Origin: Bugula neritina
Lineage: Eukaryota > Animalia > Bryozoa
Reading direction: 5' to 3'
Length of the DNA: 64,000 nt
Assembly: GCA_964035545.1 (NCBI GenBank)
Contig: OZ037767.1
Location: 15,380,998-15,444,997, forward strand
Made by a program: the position numbers and the translations under genes. Below, in pieces: positions 53,857 to 64,000 of the stretch (positions are counted from its first letter, which is position 1; each line of letters opens with the position of its first letter). A model generated the notes under the pieces. The model ran no database searches. It had not been told where the DNA came from and worked only from the letters and a program-made list of their open reading frames with translations.

Positions 53857-54851
53857 ATGCATCAATATCTGATGTTTATTATAGCACTGGTTCCTATAGT
53901 TTATGGTTCAGTGTACACCCGAACCAGAGCTCTACCATTGAGGTATGATTCCAATGACATGACAGTCGACCTTTGTATTGGCTACTGCATTTACAGAGGT
54001 AAGTATTTCATTCACTTACTATAAGTTGATTTTTTACAATATAGTGAAAATGCAACCTATAAAGCAAAGCTATTAAATTAGCCATCATTTTAAGAGTAAC
54101 TCACAATATCTTGAAACTTCAAAGGAATTGCAATTATCCTGAAATAAGATTGCTACATACTTATACGTAAAATAATTGTGCTTAACTGCTTTAAAGTTTA
54201 GACATTTTACCTGAGCTACAAGTATTTAAATAGGGCCATGCAGTTGGTATCTATAGCATAGTAAGTCGCAGTGGTCTAGGGGTCAGAGCGTTTGCCTACA
54301 AGTAAGCACAAAGTAATGAGTTTGAGCCCCATTATAAGCCAGTATAGTGATGTTAGGAAGAACATCCAGTCATAATTGCTCCTGTGCCTCATATGAATAA
54401 GTCTTAAGCCAGCTTTAACAAAAACCCCTTCTATCAGAGATCTTCTCATAGGTATGGTGACTATAAACTTGTGTGAGTTGGTATATATTAGCATGTGTGC
54501 ACATAATAATATATCCAAAAAAACTTGCATGTCGCAATATATATTGAATATCTATATAACTTTGAAATCTTTAGCTACAGTCAAAGCCTGAAAACATTCT
54601 ATTTCACAAAGAAATATTCTAAATATCAGAGAGTTAGTGAGAGTCAGTGTAGTCAGTCTATTATACAAAAGTTACAGGTGAATGGAGCTGAATCTTGTGC
54701 TTATGTCTGCTTTAAATATGGCGACCTTTGTGTTTACTTTTCATTTAATAGTGTAGACAACCTCTGTTATATTCATAATGAGGTCAGCAATACTAGTTTC
54801 ATTACTACTCCAGGTTTCTACTGTTACACATCTTTAAATTATATACTTTAA
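53857..54851 (+). pseudogene. WSC-NHL-PAN paralog F (duplicate of C), internally deleted
   Basis: Exon 1 53857-53998 lacks the MGCYKD codons. Intron 1 sequence is joined at about 54575-54577 (CTA microhomology) to the last about 275 bp of exon 3 (PAN domain); WSC exon 2 and the NHL region are missing. Confidence 0.85.
54265..54466 (+). mobile_element. tRNA-derived SINE, duplicate of the 10640 copy
   Basis: GTGGTCTAGGGGTCAGAGCGTTTGC...GTGATGTTAGGAAGAACATCCAGTCATAA. Confidence 0.65.
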
Positions 54852-56341
54852 ATGTTTAATAAACAATTTGTTTGTTCTTTTAACAACGATATTATATCCC
54901 AATTTTAATTTAGTAAGTTATCACACAAATAATAACTTATTGAATGGGTTTTCTGACAAAGAACATAATATCTTTTTGATGCTGGTAACATTTACAATTA
55001 TATTTATGTTTACAGTCTAATATCTATGTTTCGTACAATATTTTAGTTATGTTGACATTTATGCTATAGCTGTTGTGAATTCAATAAACACTAATCTCGG
55101 TTCTACAATGTGTTTATCTCAATATATAACTATATATACCATTTTAATAAAAAAAAAAGCCATAATCAAAAAAGGAGAACAATGATCAGTTAAGGTAATT
55201 GAAAGGGCACAACAGAAACCTATATTATATGAAATGGGTAAAAGAGGACAACTCTAGATATTCATAATATCCCAGTGATAATTTCACTTATTGACTGCAA
55301 ATGCATATTATTTGTCTGATTAGCCAATTAAAAATCAGTGACTATGTTTTCAACAGCCATGCTTGTGTTTTACTAAATCAGCCAATCAAATAATTGCTAA
55401 GGTAGCATTCAATTCTCTTAACTAACTTATTATATTATTTCGTCAGTTTAAAATTTTAAAGAAGCATCCAAAATGTTATAAAGAATAATCAGAAGTGGTT
55501 CTTGTAACATGTGACAGCATAAACTGTGATTGGTATTGCTGACTGTATTATTACTAAGTGAAAAACATTGAGGCACCAAAATAGCAGTGAGCTTTTTTAC
55601 ACTCAGCTTTATTTGATATCTGTATAGCTTTAACACATTCTATATATAATATATATTTAGATGCTGAGTAGTGAATTTATCACTGGAGTACCCATGCATG
55701 CAAGATAACAAACAATATGTATGAGGCAAAATTTAAAAATATGATGAAGTAATTTAGCGAAGCAGTAACAGAATTAGTATAATATAATAATTGAGATATA
55801 TAGTAAAAAATATTGTTATTGTGGGCTATAATAAACTATTTTAGAATTAAACTAATGCATGTTATATATTCATAAATCAATCAAGCTCTATAACATATAA
55901 CAGCCTAATTGTTATACACATAATATTTCTATTCATTATAAAATGCAAGGTGCTTTCTTTAATATAGTAATTTGATGGCAAAAACGAACACTATATAATA
56001 ATGATATGCTGTATCAACTGTTATAAAATGATAATAACAAACTAATAATATATAATATAAAGTAATATAAATGCATAATCAAACAAGTCAAGTAAAAACT
56101 AAACAATAATAAAGTCTAAAAAAGTTTGTCAAAATACAGCATAAAGCTATTACAAAGTATATTTCCTTCAACTATCATGATAGTACATGGTTGAATAAAT
56201 AGAGAGACTTCAGGATATAAATCTATTACAATAGTTATAGCTTTTATGATAATAGTTTTAAAGCATAATAGTACATGCAGCTTACAACCAATTAGAATGT
56301 CAACGTAGGTGAGGTAAAGACATTTACTGTTGAAGAATTAT

Positions 56342-59300
56342 TCACTTGTTTTTCTTCATTCCAAAAATGGTAAGCTTTCCATCATTTGCTGCTTCTACCA
56401 CTTTTGACCAATCGGTAGCTTCCTCACATAGTTTGCCAAGCGCAGACAAGCCTCCTTTCTTTGCACTGTCCATCCATTGTCCAATTATCTGAAATTTATA
56501 TTATGGGGGAAATGTCAATGAAAATGCATTATATATAATACCAATGTCTATATATTATTATAAAACAAATATAAGAGTGTATAATACTATAATCCCATGT
56601 TTTGAGGCTTCAATAAAACATAAAATGTTTAGGCAACTGATACTCAAAGCTTTTTATGCTACAGTCATCAAAAAATTGGCAAAAGCAACAATTTTTTTCT
56701 GCGTTTTCCTATATTTTGTACTATATGTTATATAAACCTGTAATACCTGATACACTTCAATTACAATACATAAGATGTTTATATGTAAATACAACTCCAG
56801 TTTGTCACATGACAAAAAAGTATGAGTTCGTTTGAAATAAACAGTGTATAATTGTGCTATATATATAGCTCATGGTTATAGTATCACAGTTTTATATCTT
56901 TCAATACACTAACTTGTTTATACAAGAGCCCTGTGTTATTATAACAGCACAGCTTTTCATGTTTTGTTTATATACTACTTCAAAGAACTCAAAATGAAAG
57001 AGTGCTTAAACAAAATGCTAGCAGGTGTGAATGCAATCAATGCCTAAACAAAAGTGTTGATTTTGCTTTTATTATATAACTAGGATATGTAAGTTAAAAG
57101 TCTACCTCATCTAACTTATCTTTATCCAGTACACTCAGGTAGTAGATGTATCTGAATCTGTCAATAGTTTTACGACATTTCCCTGTTGGTTTAAGAGCAT
57201 CATGTATAGACTTGGCTCTCTTACTTGTCAACTGGTTATGTACATATTCCATCAACTGTATAGCCTGTTCTGGTGTTTGTACTGCAAGGAACACAGGATA
57301 AACTATTTACATATTAAGCTATATGAGAAGATATGAGTATCAGTATTATATCTCTGCTATAGGAGATAGTACTGAGTGTAATATAACAGCTGGTCATATA
57401 TATCAAACTCTACTGTTGCCTCTTCATCTTATATATAGTAAGAGTTGTCTTACCTCATTATATATAGTGAGAGTTGTCTTATCTTATTATATATAGTAAG
57501 AGTTGTCATACCATATTGGAAACTTGTTGCAGCATTAGGAGCTGACAAATCTTGGCCAGTCTGCTTGTCACTGACTCTTTCTACAAAATACACAAAAGTC
57601 ATGCATGCTATTGTAATGGGTAGCCTCAAGATATAGAAAAACTTTATAAACACATGTTAAATTAAAATGTAAATAGAATGTTACATTTTTATTCATGATT
57701 ACTGTAATTTATTTCAACAAACCTGTAACTAGTGTTTCTTGGTTCTCAACAAATATTGAGAATGGGACATCCACTAATCCAAGTCTGAGACAGTCAGAGT
57801 ATCTCGATTTATCTGAAAAAAAATACAAGTTGATCAAACAAGTAAAACCTAAAATATCCGTCAATTATTTACTTTTACCTGCTAGACAAGGATTACAATA
57901 AAACAAGTATGCATTACCTTCATCTAGAATGCGAGTCACACCGTCCTTTCCAATAAAACGTTTGAGATCTTCAATAGTCATGTGATCTTCAAATGGATAA
58001 ACTATATTCTCTCCTCGAACTTTTACGGTTACTTTACAGTTTTTCACTTTACCTGCACGAAAAACCCGTCACATGATCATAAAGCTAACTTTAATCCTAG
58101 CGTAGTTACACATCAACAATGTAACAAATAGGTATGTTTAGAGGCACACACGCAAGTTACTTACTCTTGAATGGCCCATCTGATCTGGTAGGAAGTGAAA
58201 CTGCTTGGTGTACTGATACAGTAGCAGGTATATCTTGATGTGGTGCTGCAACCGCGGCATCTATTAGATAAGGAACCTCAGTTGACTGCGCCATGTTCTC
58301 CATTGTGTTTTCTGCTGGCACATGTTCATGTGGTGCTGCAACACTTGAAAAGGCTTGGTGTGGTGCCACAGTGTTTAACTGACTTAGTTGTGATGATCCC
58401 GTATCTGACGTTAAATCATGTGAGAGAGTAGTCGACTGAGTTGGTACTTCAACTGTAAAGATAATACAAATAATATTCTAGCTATTATAAATGTTGAGGA
58501 CATTGATTCACAAAAATAATTTATTTAGTAAAAAAGCTTAATATATGGCAGTCAATTATCATTTGTTTAACAACTCAGTAATTATTTTATAATTTTTGAC
58601 ATTTGGGACGAATAAATTTTTATAGTAAACTGCAAGAATCAGCAAAGACTACCAGACTACCAACTTATATAACTTACATGCAGTCCTTTGATACTTATTT
58701 GAGGGTGAAGCTGTCATAGCTGTTTCTGCAGGTCTTTTGTTGTGTGAAACATTGTTTGGTTGCTTTTTCAAGTCAAAAATTTGAATAAACGAATTGCTTT
58801 CTTGTGCGAAATCAATAGCAGGAGAATTTGCACTACTTTTCAATTTTAAATCGGGTTTGTGTTTATTTTCTATTTCCCTGCTTCTAAAACTTCCTTCCTG
58901 CATTTGTACTTCTGGTGGAGCATTGTTAGAAAAGTTGGAGATTGAAGGTGGTGGCTGTTTGAACTGAGTGCCTGCTTCTCTGTAGATGTTGCTGTCACCA
59001 TTCAAATGAGAAGGGTTTGTAGATGGCATGTTGAAAGATGGAGGGTTGAATAGAGACCAGTCCTTTGAATGGTTGAAAGATGGGGCATCAAATTGAGGAG
59101 GCTGAGCCAGTGAGTTGGTTGTGAAATTCTCTGATCTAGGAATCCACTGTGGTTTTGATGGTGTGGGTAGGTACGGCATAGAAAAAGAACCATCAGTATG
59201 GTTCAGTGGCTGAGCATGCATGTGTTGTGAAGGGAGTTGAAACCAAGGTGGCTGAAGATGGATCAACTGTGGCGCCGTTTGTAGATAAGATGGTTGTCTT

Positions 59301-61603
59301 AGGTGTGGTGGTTGCAGCCAGTGCTGTGGAGATGTTGGTTGATGTGGCAAGCCTGGTGATGACTGTGGAAACTCATCACCCTGCAAAGGATGGTGACGTG
59401 TCTGCTCTTTCCAGAAATCTGCGTTTAAAAAAATGGTAAACATGTATAATAATAAATATGTGAACGGACCATATTGGGCTTTCAAGTTTATAGATTATTG
59501 TTATAGGCACTTAAATAGTATGAGTACAAAAATTAATTACAGTAAAATGTTACATACGATTAATTGTTTCAGTTTGTGAGATAAATATTTGTTATATAAT
59601 TTATATTTTAAAATTTGTCAAATTAGCAGTTTCTTTGTAGTGGTGATGGGGGGAGGAGCACAACGGTCATAGGGTACAAAAAGCCAGTTAAATTGTGAAA
59701 AAACTTATTGACTTAGAGTTGTGAGTTTTTTTAATAAAAAGGTATTGACATAATGGCCGGAACCGAGAAGTTGTGAAAGAGATAAAAACAATCAACTGAT
59801 TTTACTTATAATAGTCAACTGGTGTAGCATTTAGAGTAGAGATTATTGAATTAGTTACTCAAAAAACAGACTAATGAGAGCGAAAAACTTAACAAGCGGC
59901 CGTTGTGTTCCCCTCCTGTAACCCCTATTTATTATGGAATATTATTTTCACTCTTTTGCATTATGCACCATATTTCTAAATTTCAGAAACGCATCCGTAT
60001 TTGTTTTAATAATAGCCAAATTGCACTCTTTTATTGACCTGTTCTGTTTAACTTAAAAATGATCAATCTATTGTTACCTGTGACAAAGCATAACGAAAAA
60101 ATTCCTGTCTTTATCCAATTTTGCTTTTTAGTCATTGGAAACATTTATTTAGCATGCTACTTAAATCATAGATGGGGAATATAAAAGCCTATCTTTTGAA
60201 ACTTTATAATTTACTTATCATTTTTGCATGAGATTTCTTTGTACTGCTAACATAACACAGTTATTTTATTTTAAGGTTAGTTGACCTTAATTAAAATAGC
60301 CTTTTTAAAAGTAAGTAATTCTACCTGGAACTTGACTCGTTGCATCAGCTCTTTGTTCTGTAGAAGCAATTCTCTGGAGTCCAAATATTTCATTATTTAC
60401 GCCAACATCTATAGGTATTCTTTCTGCATGGTTTGATATATTGAAAAGTTTTAGCTGCTGCTCTGTTGTCAGCTGACTCATCAAAAGAGTGAGAATCTCT
60501 GTTTGGTTAGCCTTAGCTGCTTCCTGTATCACTGTCTTACCAAATCTATTCTGTATTTTAAGTAGCTCTACCCTCTGTTCTACTGATACACCATCTAGTA
60601 GACATTTGATGGTGTCAGTATGTCCTTCCTCTGCTGCACTGTGTATAGCTGTCTCATCTCCACTGTCCTGTATCTTGAGTAACTCTACCTTCTGTTCTAC
60701 TGACACACCATATAGTAGACATTTGATGATGTCAGTATCTCCTCTGCATGCTGCATAGTGTATAGCATAAGACGCAGTTGTCTTGAGTAGCTTTATCTTC
60801 TGTTCTACGGATACACCATCTAGTAGACATTTGATGATATGAGTATACCCTCCCTCTGCTGCAATTTCTATAGTTGTGAACCCTTCTCCATTCTGTATCT
60901 TGAGCAGCTCCACCTTCTGTTCTACTGATACACCATCTAGTAGATATTTGATGATGTCAGTATGACCTCCCCATGCTGCATAGTGTATAGCTGTATCATC
61001 TCCACTGCCCTGTATCTTGAGTAACTCTACCTTCTGTTCTACTGATAGACCATCTAGTAGACATTTGATGGTGTCAGTATACCCTTTCTCAGCTGCACTG
61101 TGTATAGCTGTCTCATCTTCACTGTTCTGTATCTTGAGTAACTCTACCTTCCGTTCTACTGATACACCATCTAGTAGACATTTGATGGTGTCAGTATGTC
61201 CTCCCCATGCTGCACTGTGTATAGCTGTCTTATCTTCACTGTCCTGAATTTTGAGTAGCTCTACCTTCTGTTCTACTGATACACCATCTAGTAGACATTT
61301 GATGGTGTCAGTATGACCTCTGTATGCTGCAAAGTGTATAGCATAAGACTCAGTTGCCTTGAGTAACTCTACTTTCTGTTCTACTGATACACCATCTAGT
61401 AGACATTTGATGATGTCAGTATGTCCTTCCTCTGCTGCACTGTGTATTGCATCATACTTTTCACATAACAGTCTATATCTCTCTTCTAATGATATGAAAG
61501 GAAGGCACTTCTTCAGCTCAGTCAGAATATTTCCCTCATTGTCTCTATATAATATAATACTAGCGAGTAATTGAGTGAACTTTAGCACTTCATTCTGATT
61601 CAT
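56342..61603 (-). CDS. Ankyrin-array / ubiquitin-like / CCDC106-like protein, copy 2 (8 repeats + cap)
   Basis: Exons 61603-60325, 59418-58678, 58452-58165, 58052-57918, 57812-57723, 57580-57512, 57281-57106 and 56488-56342; GT-AG and frame-consistent. Confidence 0.82.
59638..59927. mobile_element. Possible MITE with about 30-bp imperfect TIRs in intron 1 of ankyrin copy 2
   Basis: TAGTGGTGATGGGGGGAGGAGCACAACGGTC vs reverse complement of the right end TAGGGGTTACAGGAGGGGAACACAACGGCC; absent from copy 1; no clear TSD. Confidence 0.45.
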
Positions 61604-62344
61604 CTCAACTGACCTTTCAGTAAGAATTCTCCATTTTTAGCAGCTCCTCAAGTAGACTAATATGCTAGACTAGAAAACTCCACAATACACAATGTCTATC
61701 CTCAGACTATATGTAATACTATATTATAACTTATTTTTTCATTTTAAGCTCTAAACTTTCACACGTGTATAACAGTAGTCGTTAACTTTCTGTAAATTAC
61801 TAACCAGAATCTTCTCAATATGGCGTGTCTACTTGTGTAGCGCTTATCTATCAACTAAAACTATAACTAGCCTGTACAATATGCAGTTCCGTAGTACAGG
61901 GAATTCACGACGAAATAGATGGGAAATTCCATTCACTCCCATTACTCATTTTAAATCGGCCTGTCAACAAACAATTGCGTTAGGTAACGCGTCAAAGTGG
62001 AGAATACTCATAGAAACTATTATAATTATTGTTAGGATAACACAACTCATATTACTCAGCCTGTTGCGTTCTGTAAATAATACGGCATGCTATACAAAAT
62101 TATAACATGCCTACATAAGCTGTTCATAATAATATAATATTTGGAGCAATATAAACTTTTAACTTCTTATATCTGAACTTTTGTACCATAAATGTAATTC
62201 TACATAAAATTAGGCTTAAGTGTTATAAAAATCCAATTGAAGTCAGTTATTGTCTTGACGCTAAATAAAAAGCAATAATTAATGGAAGACTTAGAATGTT
62301 TACAGCCTTATGTTATTTGTACTATTGTGATATTTATGTTTCCG

Positions 62345-62519
62345 ACTATTATATAATATATGGTGCGAATGTTAATCGGTAATTTAATTTTGCAAATGCA
62401 AGCAAACAAGCATGTGTAAGAGTAGTTTTCTCTCAAATCTACTCTTACACATGCTTGTTTGCTTGCATTTGCAAAATTAAATTACAGATTAACATTCGCA
62501 TCATATATTATATAATAGT
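62345..62519. repeat. 81-bp-arm inverted duplication of local sequence
   Basis: Arms 62345-62425 / 62439-62519 with a 13-nt spacer; the paralogous region 29529-29625 has only the left arm. Confidence 0.9.
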
Positions 62520-62709
62520 TTTGCGGTGGCTTATAATATGTTAGCTTCATTCAAAATATCTGGCAAAAAGTTTATCATGAGCTAAATGATATGATCTCTA
62601 ATGATCATCATAATTTTAACTCAATATATATTTATAAAATAATTGCTTCCAATAAAAAATGAAAACTTCCATATGCATAAAACACTTGCATGACATAAAA
62701 GATGAAATG

Positions 62710-63545
62710 AAATACCCGGCTAAGCTAAGCACAGACACCACGATATTTGTGGGAGCTCTGCATGGTATATGCTGAACCCGGAAGGCTTAGCCTGTGTTAT
62801 GGAAGAACTGTTTGGCCCAGTCATCTATGCCAGCATTGACACTGACAAACACAAATACCCAATTGGTAGGAGCTTAGTCTATGTTCTGACACAGCTATGC
62901 AACTTCCTGAAACAGTTTGTGCTAATAATATATATAACGGAAAAAAGTATTTCTGTGAACTCATTTACAATTCCTCTATTTTATTATTATCACCTTTACA
63001 TAACTCTACTATAATAACACACAATTGTGTACTATATATACAATTTCGTTGTTTTTCTATAACTACATTGATATATATGCTATCTCTACTATCTATATAC
63101 TGCAGTCAACACTCTAAGGTTACATTGATATATTACATAGTGTAAATAATTTAGTAGCAGAACATGGTTGTATCTGTTGTAGGTTCTGACCGTGTGACTT
63201 TCAGCTGCCATGACAGCTACAGGAATGCACTTGACACTGCTTTTGTGGAAATAGAAATTCCAAAATTTACTAAGAATTAAAGTATTTGTGCTCTGCAACT
63301 ATTATAGTTTTTAAAATCATGTTTTTATATAAATTGACATAATATTTTTCATTACCTTTTTTGGTTTAAATTACTATATTATATTTGAATTTTTGCAAAC
63401 TTGTAGTGAAATTATGGAGCTAAACTGTGTATTTTACTTAAATAATTTGCAAGTACAACTAGACCCTTACTTGGAGGAATCTATCTGTTACGTGTGCAGG
63501 ATCAGTTTAGGGCCATAATTTTGCAGACATCCAATGTGCTCCAAG
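62710..63545 (+). pseudogene. CPEB1: CPEB1/orb-like pseudogene fragment (RRM2 to ZZ-type zinc finger), intron-containing
   Basis: TIFVGALHG[+2 nt][33 protein letters not shown] (to 62865), GSDRVTFS...AFVEIEIPKFTK (63183-about 63277) and VQLDPYLEESICYVC...GP*FCR...C (63453-63545) match the CPEB1 C-terminus; frameshift, stop and damaged splice sites. Confidence 0.85.
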
Positions 63546-64000
63546 GTAACACAATTCCTTGATTATCTTGAGGAAAATTAGCTTTGCTTCTAAACCAAGA
63601 GAAAATATATTTGACAAGTATAAGTATTTAATTATTTAATTTAGGTTTTCATCTAATTTAATTATTTATTGCTATAAATTTTTATAAGACTTTTAGCAGC
63701 TCAAGATTTGCACATACAATTAATTTGATAATCTTGAAAGTGTAACTGCTACAATTGTTACCATAATTTATGTAATTATGATACATTATCTGTTGGTAAG
63801 AATAGACTTTTTCATTAAGAACACACAGGATAGTTAAGGGCAACCTTTTAGCTGCAACTGCCTTGCTGAGGTTTGCATTGTAATCATATAAGAATTCAGT
63901 ACCAGTGAAATAAAATCTCACCTAATTGTGCTAGAGTCAAAATTTAAAAACTATGTTGTAGATCTTTTTTTTCTCCAGTGTAAGTTTTTTGGAAATTTCA

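Noticed and set aside
63682-63921. Possible minus-strand exon (RFYFTGTEFLYDYNANLSKAVAAKRLP...)
   Set aside because: Acceptor-like site present, but no recognisable domain or partner exon in the window.

Overview
AT-rich, intron-containing animal (invertebrate-type) genomic DNA. A cassette is duplicated (about 2270-29815 vs about 45330-62707). Each copy carries genes for predicted secreted WSC + NHL/beta-propeller-like + PAN/apple proteins and a convergent 8-exon gene encoding a hypervariable ankyrin array, a P/Q/S-rich linker, a ubiquitin-like segment and a CCDC106-like C-terminus. Between the copies lie a 6-exon COPS7 gene, a divergent WSC-NHL-PAN gene, a young Gag-protease-only LTR element with identical 128-bp LTRs, and a 5x ShKT-domain gene with an in-frame TAG. 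A full-length 7.5-kb Ty3/gypsy element disrupts one WSC gene; it has a -1 frameshift signal, one nonsense codon in RT and an extra zinc-finger ORF3. Two copy-specific foldback insertions in (TA)n tracts carry hammerhead ribozyme motifs and look like Penelope-like pLTR structures. A decayed CPEB1 fragment starts where the duplication ends. All gene models were spliced and translated by eye, and domain names come from motif recognition, not database searches.
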